Made by a program: the position numbers and the translations under genes
From: Candidatus Latescibacterota bacterium
GTDB lineage: Bacteria > Latescibacterota > UBA2968 > UBA8231
Direction of reading: 5' to 3'
Length of the DNA stretch: 64,000 nucleotides
NCBI GenBank assembly: GCA_965197905.1
Contig: CBDAOB010000005.1
Span: forward strand, 1,760,001-1,824,000
Notes under the pieces: generated by a model
What the model saw: only the letters and a program-made list of their open reading frames with translations
Told to the model about the DNA's origin: nothing
The model's database searches: none
Shown here: piece after piece, positions 1 through 10,372 of the stretch
Position numbering within the stretch: the stretch's first letter is position 1
How the letters are laid out: every line of letters begins with the position of its first letter

Positions 1-1241
1 TTGAAATTGCGGTTTACCCATCCACCCCATTTGCCGCCATCATCGACCATAAGGTTGGCCACCAACTTTCGGTCGGTACCAAGTGCGTGCGCGAGCTTCA
101 AGGAATACCGGATCGAGCGATCGAGCATATTGACGAGGTGGCCGCGGTCGTTGACCAGGTGCGTAGTGAAGAAAAATGTGGTGTTGCGACTCAACGGACC
201 ACCGAAAGAGAATTCGGTCTCCAATCGAGGATCATCGCCGTAACCGAGCTTCGCTATGTCAGATTCGGCGAAGCTATATAGCGCTCCCTTGGCGCGCTGC
301 GTGTCGTCCGGGTTGCCGGCGTCATCCGTCGCACTCAACAAGCCGTCCCGTTCCGCGAGATAGAGCTCTAAGTCGCTGGATATCTGCGCTCCATCCACGG
401 TCCGGGCGTTGGCGTATAGGTCGGGTCCTGCATTCCGCACCCCAGGGGAAAAGCGGAAGAATACCCGACCCGAATAACGTTGTCCCCCCTCCCTCGTGCT
501 GATATCGATCACCCCGGCGGAAGCGGCATCGTACTCGGCATTGAAGGTCCCCGAAAGAATGTCGACGGACTGAACAGCGCCGGCACTGATGCCGACGGAG
601 GTGTATTCTCGTGGATTCGAGCGCACAACGGAAGTGTAGGGTGAGTAGACGTCCCTGCCCTCACCACCACGGAAGTAGGTGTCGGAGATGTCGATTCCGT
701 CCAACAGGTATTTCGTGTCCGCCTTGCGCCCACCCCTCACGAAACCCCGGAAGCTGCTCGGCGCGGTGTCGATCAATTCGTGTACCGTGCCCACGGGCAT
801 GGTGTTATTCAATTCGGAGGCATCGATCGTAGAGCGACTGGCGGTAAGGGTCCTTTCGACCAGAGGCCGCTGCGCAATCACCGTAACGACCTCGGTCTCG
901 ATCTCTTGCTTTTCGAGCCGAAATTCGATAGTAGTGGTGAGATCGTTGCGAACATGAACGCCGGTCTGCTGCAGGGGCTGGAAACCTACGTAGGAAGCCT
1001 GCACCGTGTATGAACCGGGAGCGACGTTCAAAACAAAGAACCGCCCCAGTTGGTCCGTGCTCGAGCCGACAACCGTCGACCCGATGGTCATGGTAACGTT
1101 AGCGCCGGGGAGCGGATTGCCCTCCGAGTCGCCTACCGTGCCCGCCACCTTCCCGTAACCGGCCAGTGCTGCGGTATGCGCAAACGCCAACAGAAAAGCC
1201 GTGCTGGCCCAGTTTCGAGCGATAAGCCCTAGCGAGCCCAC
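1..1241 (-). CDS. TonB-dependent receptor, N-terminal part (signal peptide, carboxypeptidase-regulatory-like domain, plug); runs off the window edge
   Basis: Not in the ORF track because no stop falls in the window. Manual translation from GTG 1241 (SD GAGAGG upstream): MGSLGLIARNWASTAFLLAFAHTAALAGYGKVAGTVGDSEGNPLPGANV...VAPGSYTVQASYVGF...FVRGGRKADTKYLLDGIDISD, typical N-terminal extension and plug motifs. Confidence 0.85.
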   Translation of the reverse strand, partial: MGSLGLIARNWASTAFLLAFAHTAALAGYGKVAGTVGDSEGNPLPGANVTMTIGSTVVGSSTDQLGRFFVLNVAPGSYTVQASYVGFQPLQQTGVHVRNDLTTTIEFRLEKQEIETEVVTVIAQRPLVERTLTASRSTIDASELNNTMPVGTVHELIDTAPSSFRGFVRGGRKADTKYLLDGIDISDTYFRGGEGRDVYSPYTSVVRSNPREYTSVGISAGAVQSVDILSGTFNAEYDAASAGVIDISTREGGQRYSGRVFFRFSPGVRNAGPDLYANARTVDGAQISSDLELYLAERDGLLSATDDAGNPDDTQRAKGALYSFAESDIAKLGYGDDPRLETEFSFGGPLSRNTTFFFTTHLVNDRGHLVNMLDRSIRYSLKLAHALGTDRKLVANLMVDDGGKWGGWVNRNF

Positions 1242-1390
1242 GAAGGAACCTCTCTATCTATTACGTTGTTCAACAGACCGAGCTCCCCGTGGAATGTGAC
1301 CAACGACGATGAGTCCCGGCCTCACAAAATCGAAATCGTCGGTCCCCGGGTCAATCGAAATCTTGAACCCGCTCCTGGCCGCCGCGTCGG

Positions 1391-3328
1391 TTACCAAAAG
1401 AACAGGTAGTTCCCGGTCGCGCCGGTGAAGCCATCTATGGCTAACCAGAGGCCGCCTGCCCCATACTGTCCCACGATCAGTCCCAGGAAGAACGGACGGA
1501 TTCTGGAGTAGAGTTGAATGCCGCCCGTGCGTAGCACCACCACCTTTATCACCCAGGCGACAAAGATGCTCGGCATCAGATGATGTGTGGTCCACATGGC
1601 ACTCACGGGAAAAGCGATGGGGTGCAAAGGCCACCAGAAAAACTGCTTGTGAGCCAGGGTGAGAAGAAGCTGGATCAGTGCCCTCACCCCGGCGACCGAT
1701 GTGAACTCCCACGACCAGGGAGCCCCTGCGGCCAGGTGATACGAGGCAAACGCATACGGTGCCGTGGCGTCGCTGGCCCCGAAAAACCAGAAGCTCAAAT
1801 TCAGGCTGCCGCGATGGTATCCTATGTTCAACACGGTGACGATCGCACAGGCCGTAGAGATGCCAGCGGCCACGATGATCGCCAGAAACAGCCTCTTTTG
1901 TTTCCTCTTGATGTACCCCTCGGCCAGCCGCAGACCGTGAATGACGGCGGTCATGGCAGTGATGCGCATCTCACCCGACCAGGTATTTGCCAGTCCCAAT
2001 CCGGCGATGTTTGATGCCCCAAGGGTTTGTGCTCCGAAGGCTCCCATCGCCACGTCACCGGTCATAATGGGTGGCTTCGCCACCGCCAGTCCTCCCTCCG
2101 CAACGATTCTCGTGATTCCCAGGAGCAAGGCGAACGTCGTGACCGCCACAACGGGCACTAACCACCAGCTCATTCCCGCCAGGTAGAACCACACCATGAT
2201 CAGCACTATGGAGACGCCCAAAACGGCGTACGCTTGCCGATAGGAGATGATTTCATCGCCATCCGCGGTCGTCCGCGCCCGGGCGATCCTCCATGCCTCT
2301 TGCAGATGCGGGCGGGCGATCCAGAGGGTATACCCCACCAAAACGATCATGGCGCCGAATCCCTGATAGACGAGATGAGACGAGCCGAGGGCAGTGCCCG
2401 CCACACGCTGCGTACCAGCAATACCCAATTCGAGCAGTACGGCGTGCTCGAGCGAGGTCAGGAGTCCGAGAAACCAGATGCTGAATCCGAGTTTGGTGCT
2501 GAGCAAGTATCCGAATCCGACCACTGCGTAGCTGAGCGAAAGCCGCAGGCGAAACTGATCGTCCCACAGAAAGTAGTAACGCCAGATCGGCATTCCCTCG
2601 GGAACCTCTGGAAAATAGTGGTGCATTCCCCGCAGGCTGTACATCACCAAAGGAAGGGCAACGCCCAGCAAGGCCGGCCACGAGCGGAGGAGCCGGTCTC
2701 CCGTAGCATCCGGACTCCCAATCAGAGCCGCGGGCAGTTGCATCAACGGAAAGTGCAGCCGCTCGTGGCGAACCCACTGCTTGCGTATCAACACCATCAT
2801 GGCCGTCATGGCGCAGATAGTGGCAAGCAACAACGGCGCCCACGCGGCCAGCGGTTTCAGCTAGGCACCCCACGGGATGGAAGCGTTTTGGGGCATGCCT
2901 TCATAGAACCATTTGAGCGCGCGTTCGTCGGTGACCTGGAGCCACGAGACGAAATGGGGCAGCACCTCTCGCTCCCACCGGTTGCCGGAAGTGGCGAAAT
3001 AACCTCCGGCGGAGATCTGCGGCAATAGTCGGCACACCAGACCGATGGTGGGCAAGGTGCAGGCGACGGCCCCCATGATGTAGACGGTGATCAACTCCGC
3101 GGGATCGAATCGCCATCTCTGTTTGAGCGCCCCCAAGAGAGGATTGATAAGAAGAGAGAACAGGAGAAACGCCAGCACAGCGGCGGGGGTGCTGTGATCG
3201 AAACTCAGAGGCGAACCGGAGATCAACAGGTTTTCGTACGGCGCGCCGATTCCGATGAGGGCTGCCACCAGCGAGCCGGCTATGATGGAACGGCGGCTGA
3301 CGGCGTACGAGGTTCCGGTTGCTCTCAA
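1391..3328 (-). pseudogene. DUF6785/DUF6784-like (OPT-related) multi-pass membrane protein interrupted by one in-frame TAG at 2861-2863
   Basis: ORFs 2861..3328 and 1391..2833 share a frame; junction reads IPWGA*LKPLAAW; family-like motifs RKQWVRHERLHFPLMQLP, WWPLHPIAF, RPFFLGLIVG. Could be an intact gene with a base-call error. Confidence 0.7.
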
Positions 3329-3383
3329 AATTGCGTGGGGATCTAGGTTGAGGGGCTGGCGACAGATCCGACTTTTGGCTGGC

Positions 3384-4145
3384 TCAAATGCTGGCGGCTG
3401 CGATCAGGCCGCCGTCCACCCTCATGCAGGAGGCGGTGATGTAGTCCGCGTCATCGGACGCCAGAAACGCGACGGCGTTACCAATATCCTCGGCTTGCCC
3501 CATCCGCCCCCATGGAATCACTTCAATTTCGGCGCGATCGATCTCGTCGGAGGTCATTTCACCCGTGCTTCCGGGTGTCTGGATCCAGCCTGGCTCAAGG
3601 GCATTAACGCGAATCTTGTGTTTGGTCCATTCCATTCCGAGGCTCGCGGCAAAATGATTCAACCCCGCCTTGGTGACGTTGTAGATCGAGCTGTTGCGAT
3701 AGGCGCTCTCGGCGTGTACCGAGGTTATGATAATAATGCTGCCTCCACTCTCTTTCATGGCGCCGCATGCCAGCTGGCAGAGATGAAACGTGCCGAAGAA
3801 ATTGACCTCCACGGTTCGCCGCGCCTCTTCTTCGCTGGTCTCCTCCAGCGATTTCCGCGGATTCGTTCCGGCGTTGCACACCACCACATCCAGCTTTCCG
3901 TATTCCGCAACCGCGGCCTCCACCAAACGTTCGCAGGTTTCGCGACTTGCCGCATCGCCTGCAATACCGACCGCCCTTCGCCCGAGGCCTCTAATCTCCT
4001 GGCAGGCCCCATCGACGCTGGTCTGGGTGGCGCTATTAAGTACTAAGTCCGCCCCTTCGCCCGCAAAGACGCGTGCAATGCCCCGCCCAATTCCACGTTC
4101 CTTTCCGACCGAAGTGATCAATCCAACCTTGTTTTTCAGCCGCAT
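3384..4145 (-). CDS. SDR family oxidoreductase (FabG/glucose-1-dehydrogenase-like)
   Basis: Gly-rich RGIGRG, CNAG, catalytic YNVTK, IRVNALEPG, VDGG. Confidence 0.9.
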   Translation of the reverse strand: MRLKNKVGLITSVGKERGIGRGIARVFAGEGADLVLNSATQTSVDGACQEIRGLGRRAVGIAGDAASRETCERLVEAAVAEYGKLDVVVCNAGTNPRKSLEETSEEEARRTVEVNFFGTFHLCQLACGAMKESGGSIIIITSVHAESAYRNSSIYNVTKAGLNHFAASLGMEWTKHKIRVNALEPGWIQTPGSTGEMTSDEIDRAEIEVIPWGRMGQAEDIGNAVAFLASDDADYITASCMRVDGGLIAAASI

Positions 4146-4403
4146 GTTAGTATCCCCGCTCGAATGGTGTCGATTGTAAAACCTGGTTGACTACTGGAGC
4201 TCGTGATAACGAGCTATGAGAGGCTCCCGATCAACCTCGGGGGAACCGCTTTCCGGCTGTCAGGCTCGGCAAAATACGCCTCCTGCTGCACTGATGCAAG
4301 CTATTGCTGCATCTGAGTTTGCGCCTGTGGCTTCGATGTCCTTATCTTTGTGATGTTGGTTGTTTCAATACCTTCCCGATTCCCCAGATCGCAAGGACCT
4401 ACC

Positions 4404-5174
4404 GTGGAAGTAATCGTACTGGCAATCAGTGTCGGCGTCGCTCTTCTTTGGGGTGGCGTATTTGCTCTGATCAAGATGGTGGATCTGTTCGAGCGGAAGC
4501 ACATCCTCGGACTGGGCGCCTATACGACGTTGGTGGCCGGAGTCGTCATGGGGCTGGTCCTGTTTACGGTGTACGACCGCCAGAAGGAACATCGCCGCGA
4601 GCTGCAAAAACAGATGGAAACCGTGACGAAACGTCTGAGCGAGCTGAGCGAACGTCTGGTAGGCCAACTTGAGGAGAAAGCGGACCTGACGGCCTCTGAG
4701 TTCGAGATTCGCGCGAAACTGCAGACCGAGCAGGAACAACATCGGCGGACACAGGAGGAGCTGGCCACAGAGGTCTCGAACTCAGATCAACTGACCGGGG
4801 AATTGGACAAGGAGCGCCGGGCTCGAGCACAGTATCAACAGGATCAGAACCGGAAACTCGATCAACGCTTCAGCAAGGAAGAAGAACGCTACAAGGAGAT
4901 TCGCGAGCTCATGCAGACTTCCAGGAGCACCTTGCTGAACATGCAGAAGCAGCTCGCGTCGGTGCGCGACGATGCCAGCAGCTTGAAAACCCAGGTGACC
5001 AACATGCAGTCGACTCAGAACAGCTTGTTGGGAAAGGTGAACACCTCTCGGGAGGTTCAGGATCTCAACAGTCAAAAGGTGGACGCCCTAGCCCGCAACC
5101 AGGCCGCCCTTTACGAAGATCTCTCCAAAACCATGGCTGAAGTGGACAGCCTGTACAAATGGACACGACGGTAA
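4404..5174 (+). CDS. Membrane-anchored coiled-coil protein (2 N-terminal TM helices)
   Basis: ORF 4350..5174; GTG 4404 follows AAGGA; two hydrophobic segments then about 190 aa of E/Q/K/L-rich heptad-like sequence. Confidence 0.75.
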   Translation: MEVIVLAISVGVALLWGGVFALIKMVDLFERKHILGLGAYTTLVAGVVMGLVLFTVYDRQKEHRRELQKQMETVTKRLSELSERLVGQLEEKADLTASEFEIRAKLQTEQEQHRRTQEELATEVSNSDQLTGELDKERRARAQYQQDQNRKLDQRFSKEEERYKEIRELMQTSRSTLLNMQKQLASVRDDASSLKTQVTNMQSTQNSLLGKVNTSREVQDLNSQKVDALARNQAALYEDLSKTMAEVDSLYKWTRR

Positions 5175-5199
5175 ACACATTTCAAATCAGGAGCCTTGC

Positions 5200-6027
5200 A
5201 TGATACGTACCCGAGCCTCGTTAGTGTCAGTTGCGATCGCGGCAGCCTTTCTCTCGTGCGGAGAAGATGAGGACGCCATAAGACTGGCGGAATTCCAGAA
5301 CAATCTCCAGATGGCAAACGCGACCATTGATTCACTCAATTACACCGTCGAGTCATCGAATCTGTTGATCGACGAGCTACGGGCTCGCGCGGACAGCCTG
5401 CAGCACGTGGATGACAAGCTGCTCGCTTCGGTGCAGAAGTTGAATCGCGAGGTGAAGAAGTGGCGCAGACTGGCTTCCGAACAGAAACGCATGAACCAGC
5501 AGCTGACCCAGAAAATCGAACGCATGAAGGTGGAAAAACAGGCCGATAAACGGTCCATTGCCCACCTTCGATCGCAAGCCGACAGCCTCAACTCCGCGCT
5601 TTTGGACGCCCACACCAGCATACGCCGGCAGAGCGACCACATCCGCAAGGTCGAGCTGGATCTGGCCCAAGCACAGGATGACATCGCCGAGCTCAAGCAG
5701 GCGCGAAATTCAGTGGTCGTGTATATGGCCAGCGAGGGGTATCTGAAAGAAAACGGTTACCTGGATACCGCCCGCCCTTTTGGGCGTGTTTTTCGCAAGT
5801 CCTACCGGTTGATCCGCAAGTTGGATCCGAACGATCCGGCAGTCCGCAAGGTGCCCATTGGTGAGGAGCTCACATTCGAGGGTAAGCTAGAGGCGCTTGT
5901 CGATCGCTACGGGCAGTTGAACAAGGGGGATGATTACGAGAAGAGCCAGGAAGAAGGGCTTACTCGGATCACCTTTCGCAGCGAGACCTTGGGGGGCGTG
6001 GACGTTCTCGCTGTCATTAAGGAGTAG
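5200..6027 (+). CDS. Putative lipoprotein with long coiled coil and small C-terminal globular domain
   Basis: SD AGGAG; signal peptide ending in lipobox-like AFLS-C; heptad repeats. Confidence 0.75.
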   Translation: MIRTRASLVSVAIAAAFLSCGEDEDAIRLAEFQNNLQMANATIDSLNYTVESSNLLIDELRARADSLQHVDDKLLASVQKLNREVKKWRRLASEQKRMNQQLTQKIERMKVEKQADKRSIAHLRSQADSLNSALLDAHTSIRRQSDHIRKVELDLAQAQDDIAELKQARNSVVVYMASEGYLKENGYLDTARPFGRVFRKSYRLIRKLDPNDPAVRKVPIGEELTFEGKLEALVDRYGQLNKGDDYEKSQEEGLTRITFRSETLGGVDVLAVIKE

Positions 6028-6107
6028 GCGGCTCCCGATAACCCTAGGTTAAACGACGCTGCCGCCGCTGCTCGGCAAGAGCGCAGCCGGCAGCGTTTTT
6101 GTGTCGC

Positions 6108-6524
6108 TCACCAGGTATGGACGTAGACCGCGGTTCTCACCTTTTCGCCACTTTGATCCATAGACAAGAGCGAGTCGGCATACGCCGCGTGCCGCACCAG
6201 TCGCTCGCGACTTCCCCCTTTGAGGAAGAGGTGGAGATCGGTCTCCGGTCGGCTTATCAGCTTGGCCACCTCGGCTTTGAATCCATGCTCGGTCAGCGAC
6301 CGTTTGATGCTGTGGCCATCTTGAGACAATCCCATCTGCCATTCGGTGTAAAGAATCACCACGTCCCCTTCTTCCGGGTCGTGCTGGTGCGCCCTCCAGA
6401 CCGGTTGTGCCACGTTTAGGATCATGATGCCCAGACATAACATGAGCATCATGATACCGAGGAAGAGCTCCTTGCTGACGTCGTGATCTTCCCAATCCTC
6501 GGGGCGCCGCCGGGCGAAGCTCAC
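6108..6524 (-). CDS. ExbD/TolR-like single-TM protein
   Basis: 138 aa, basic N-terminus, one TM, small soluble domain; lies 3 bp downstream of the ExbB-like gene. Confidence 0.55.
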   Translation of the reverse strand: MSFARRRPEDWEDHDVSKELFLGIMMLMLCLGIMILNVAQPVWRAHQHDPEEGDVVILYTEWQMGLSQDGHSIKRSLTEHGFKAEVAKLISRPETDLHLFLKGGSRERLVRHAAYADSLLSMDQSGEKVRTAVYVHTW

Positions 6525-6527
6525 CCG

Positions 6528-7304
6528 CTATCTCCCATGGGGATGGTCGCGGAGCCCGTGCCAGGATTCTTCCAGGGTTTCGACCCGTTGAATCAGATGG
6601 TCGGTGAGCTTGCGCAGAGGCAAGTAGGCCAGAAGAGCCACCAGAGTGGTTTGAAAGGCCAGCACCAGACCACCCGCCATGGAACTCAGAACCCTGAAGG
6701 TTTCGGTCGCCTCGGTGATCTGGCCCAACTCCTGGGCCATCAACAGGATTCCACAGACGGTGCCCATGTACCCATAGAATGGGACGCGCGCGAGATCACG
6801 ACGAACGTGAAGCAGTGGATTGCCCAGGAAATTGATGTATTGATCGACTGCCGCCTCGTCCCGCGTCTTCAGATCGCTGTAATGTTTGTGCTCCCGGCGG
6901 AAATGCAGCAACGCTTCCACCCTCAGCTTGGCGAGGCTCCCGACCAGGGGGCCGTCCTTGGCGCCGAACGCCCGTTCTTCCCGGCGCAGCGACAGAAAGG
7001 CGTGGACCAACACCAGAAGATGAGCGCCGCTGGCGCCAGCGACGAGAATGTAGGAGAACCTCCCGATCCATTCGATGACGTTGGCAGTCGAGTTGAGCGC
7101 CAGGAAATAAACGGCGATTCCCCCCATAGCCAGTCCGGTGATTGCGCCGAGAACCGCCGCGATGCGATTGAGATGCGGCGTGTGCAGTGCGAATTTCTGT
7201 TCGGCTGAACGCAGCCCTTTGCCGCGATGGAGAAGTACCAAAGCACCGCTCGCCCCGCCGGCGACGACCACCAGCACCCCCGCTATGACCGCAGGCCAGT
7301 TCAT
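6528..7304 (-). CDS. MotA/TolQ/ExbB proton-channel family protein
   Basis: PFYGYMGTVCGI and GGLVLAFQTTLVAL resemble the PxxGxxGTVxG and GxxxAxxTT helices; ATG 7304 overlaps the upstream stop (ATGA). Confidence 0.8.
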   Translation of the reverse strand: MNWPAVIAGVLVVVAGGASGALVLLHRGKGLRSAEQKFALHTPHLNRIAAVLGAITGLAMGGIAVYFLALNSTANVIEWIGRFSYILVAGASGAHLLVLVHAFLSLRREERAFGAKDGPLVGSLAKLRVEALLHFRREHKHYSDLKTRDEAAVDQYINFLGNPLLHVRRDLARVPFYGYMGTVCGILLMAQELGQITEATETFRVLSSMAGGLVLAFQTTLVALLAYLPLRKLTDHLIQRVETLEESWHGLRDHPHGR

Positions 7305-8485
7305 TGATTCCAAACCTCGTCGCGATAGATAAACCAACCTTGCCGAGCCAGGAAACCGGTGTACAGCAGAAGGCAGAGACTGAACATTGTCAGCGTCCAG
7401 GGAAGAACCGCCGTGTGCAACGGAGGGTACTCGGCCTTCGCTTCGAGAACCCAACTGGCAGGGCCGCGTTCGGGAGGGGGTTGATAATTCAATTGTCGAT
7501 CTTCATCTCGACTCTCCGCCGAGCCGGCGGGTTTGCGAAGTCCCGCCGTCGCTTCAGCCAACCCCTTGAGTTTTCGCGGATCGCGAAATACCAGCCCGCT
7601 GTCGGGTGCCGGCAACTGTCGTGCCCAAGCGGTCAAATTGGCCGCTGTCTGCAGACTCAGCTCCTCCGACAAACGCCCCGCATGTCCCAGTGTCAAGGCC
7701 AGGTCCGACCGTGCGAACCCACGGTAGAGAACGGGTTGAGACGATAGCTGCCGACGCTTTGCAAGCGCGTCCCCAACCCGTTTCTGCCGGCTCTTCAGAT
7801 GCGAGACGTGGCTGACGATCTCGTGGAAGATCATCGGTTCTTCGACAACGGCCAACTGGGAAGGAGGGTGCCGCTGGGAGTACGCCGCCCTGCGCACCCG
7901 GTTGGCTGAAAACCTTGTTTCTAGCCAGACCGATCCGTAGCTCTGGTCCTCTTTCCAGATAACGCGGGCTGCGGGAATATCCGGCTGTGAGAATGTGGGC
8001 GGATACGAAGGAGCGGTGGGCGTACCATCCGAACTCCAACTGTCCTCGTCAGTCACCGTCACCTGACGTAGACCGCCGCCTGGATCTCGCAGGTAGAGAC
8101 CTGCCATGAACCCGTATACGACCCGGTCAGTGTCCCAACATTGGGCGCTGAGAATGTTCTCCTCTCGCAGATAGAAACGAGAGATCTCCACCAAAGTGGG
8201 GGTTAGACGAGTCTGCCCCACCAAATAACCATTGAGATAGACCTGGGCTTCGTCGTCAGCCCAGAAAATCAGAACCAGATCTTGTGTCTGCATGACTGGG
8301 GTCTGCCCCTTCCCCTTGGCCAATTCTGCGAAATTGGCGTGACCGTACAACCGCAAGAGCGAATCCATGCTGGCTATGACCCCATTGTATTCCCGTCGCA
8401 GCTGCAAGGCTTGCTGATCCAGAGACCATGCCGCCTGCGGCAGTTCCGCCAGCAGGCACACCAGTAACAACGCCGGCTTATTCAC
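7301..8485 (-). CDS. Hypothetical exported protein with beta-rich (jelly-roll-like) domain and C-terminal TM anchor
   Basis: Signal peptide; ADDEAQVYLNGYLVG motif like glycosidase-associated beta-sandwich domains; hydrophobic C-terminal helix. Confidence 0.6.
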   Translation of the reverse strand: MNKPALLLVCLLAELPQAAWSLDQQALQLRREYNGVIASMDSLLRLYGHANFAELAKGKGQTPVMQTQDLVLIFWADDEAQVYLNGYLVGQTRLTPTLVEISRFYLREENILSAQCWDTDRVVYGFMAGLYLRDPGGGLRQVTVTDEDSWSSDGTPTAPSYPPTFSQPDIPAARVIWKEDQSYGSVWLETRFSANRVRRAAYSQRHPPSQLAVVEEPMIFHEIVSHVSHLKSRQKRVGDALAKRRQLSSQPVLYRGFARSDLALTLGHAGRLSEELSLQTAANLTAWARQLPAPDSGLVFRDPRKLKGLAEATAGLRKPAGSAESRDEDRQLNYQPPPERGPASWVLEAKAEYPPLHTAVLPWTLTMFSLCLLLYTGFLARQGWFIYRDEVWNQ

Positions 8486-9556
8486 TCTCCGATCCCGGGG
8501 GCAACTGCGACCGCATCGTTTTCTGCATCCCCTGCAACACGAGAATGTCGTCTTCCAGCTTGGCCTGTTCTAGAAAGTCGGGCTCGATGTCGGCCCGCAT
8601 GCGCACGCGAATAATCTCGCGGTCCAACGCTTCGATCACACCTTTGGCGCGGAGGGGTCTGTCGAGCGTGAGATAGTTTTCGAAGAGTCGCGCGTACTCG
8701 TCTTGACGCGCCTGGTAGAAATCGATCCTCAATTGGAGCTGTCGAGTCTCTTCTTCCAGTTCCGGATCCGCCATGGTCGTCGCCGGACGCGATCCTTGTG
8801 ATTCGGGCGTGGGTGGTGGAATCTCATGCCCCAGACTCTTGAGCTCCCCGCGCAGCTTGTCGGCAAGGGCCTGCCACTTCTTCGACTGCGCCACGTGCTG
8901 CGGTCGGCTCGATGCCGATCCCATGGAAGCCAGCTCGTTCATCTTGTTGGCATTCGCTTCGGCAGCGGCTATCACGCTACCTCCCCCTCGAAATCCTCCA
9001 AAAATCGATACAGCCGAAAGAGAGCCAAGAAGTCTCCCTGCTCCTTCGAGTAGAAGTCGATCTGGACTTGCAGAGCAAGAGCACGTTGGCGGATTTCCCA
9101 CAATAGCCCCTCCAAAAGTGGGTTCCAGAGTTTTTCGTTCAGGTCGGGCATGATGGAGGCGGCCCTTTGAATCGCCTCCCGCGCCTTTTCCGGCTCCTTC
9201 ATGAAAAAGTAGGCGCGGGAGAGAAATACCCATATTTCGCTCCTGTATCGATAAGCCTGGACCGACTCCTCGAACCGTACCGCCGCTTCTTCGTACTGGC
9301 CGGCGTAATAACTCAAGCGGCGATCGACGCCGAAGCGAAGACCGACACCACTGTTGATAAAGTCTCCCTCGCGAAATTTGCTGGAATTGGGAACCCGCAT
9401 GGCTTCGTTGAGATAGTCCAGCCGGCGATCCTCCGCCAACACCCTTGTTGGGGTCGACAGTACTGGCGACAACGCGACCCATGCCAGGGCGAGGAGAGAG
9501 ACTACGATGCCGTATCGGCTGTTATATCTGCGAGCGTGATTGGCCGCCGTCAACAT
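8478..9556 (-). CDS. Exported TPR protein with an apparent 1-bp frameshift at ~8981-8990
   Basis: ORF 8972..9556 (signal peptide, TPR-like YYAGQYEEAAVRFEES) continues in the frame of 8478..9482 across a G-rich run GAGGGGGAGG; start position uncertain. Confidence 0.6.
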
Positions 9557-10292
9557 TTAAGCAGGCTCCCGTTACCCAGCTGGCGCGGTCGGAGGCGAGA
9601 AATACAACGACGTCGGCGACCTCCTCTGGTTTTCCGAAGCGCCCGAAGGCGATATTTGCTTCGACAAATTCACCGATACCCGCCGGATCCTCTTTCATTC
9701 TTCGCTCCCAACCCCCGCCCGGGAAGATGATCGAGCCGGGAGCAACCGAGTTCACGCGAATGTTTTTCTTTGCCGCTTCCTGGGCGAGAGTCGAGGTTAA
9801 GCTAATCATGGCCGCCTTTGCGGCGTTGTAGGAGATCGGCCCGCCGATCTCTCGCCCGAAGATCGACGAGATATTCACGATGTTTCCGTGGCCACTCTTT
9901 TCCATGGTAGGCATGGCGGCGCGGGTGACACGGACCGCGGAGAAAAAACTCCGGTCGAATATGTCGGCCCATTCGTCTTCGGAGATCTCCTGAAACGGAG
10001 TCCAGATCGCCCCTCCAACATTGTTGACCAGGATGTCCAGCCTTCCAAACCGCTTGACGGCGGCCTGGACGACAGATTCAGCGCCCTCAACAGTGGTAAC
10101 ATCGGCAACCAGTGATTCAACCTCGACGCCCTTTCCGTCCAGCTCCTGCAGGGCGGATTGCAACCCTTCCTCATTGCGGGCGCAAATACAGACATTTGCG
10201 CCTTCATCGGCGAATGCCAGGGCGATGCGATTGCCGATTCCACGGCTGGAGCCGGTAACCAGAGCAGTTTTGCCATTTAGACCAAGATCCAT
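9522..10292 (-). CDS. SDR family oxidoreductase
   Basis: TGSSRGIG, NNVG, YNAAK, VDGG. Confidence 0.92.
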   Translation of the reverse strand: MDLGLNGKTALVTGSSRGIGNRIALAFADEGANVCICARNEEGLQSALQELDGKGVEVESLVADVTTVEGAESVVQAAVKRFGRLDILVNNVGGAIWTPFQEISEDEWADIFDRSFFSAVRVTRAAMPTMEKSGHGNIVNISSIFGREIGGPISYNAAKAAMISLTSTLAQEAAKKNIRVNSVAPGSIIFPGGGWERRMKEDPAGIGEFVEANIAFGRFGKPEEVADVVVFLASDRASWVTGACLNVDGGQSRSQI

Positions 10293-10372
10293 TTCAGCTT
10301 TTTCTCCCTCTTTCTAAGTGTGAGACGGCGAACTCACGAGCAGCTTCTATGTGCGATCTCGGACGAACGCCC

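Noticed and set aside
2234..4046. Long plus-strand ORFs (264 and 263 aa) and many similar antisense ORFs in the track
   Set aside because: Shadow frames opposite well-supported genes in GC-rich DNA, with no motifs of their own
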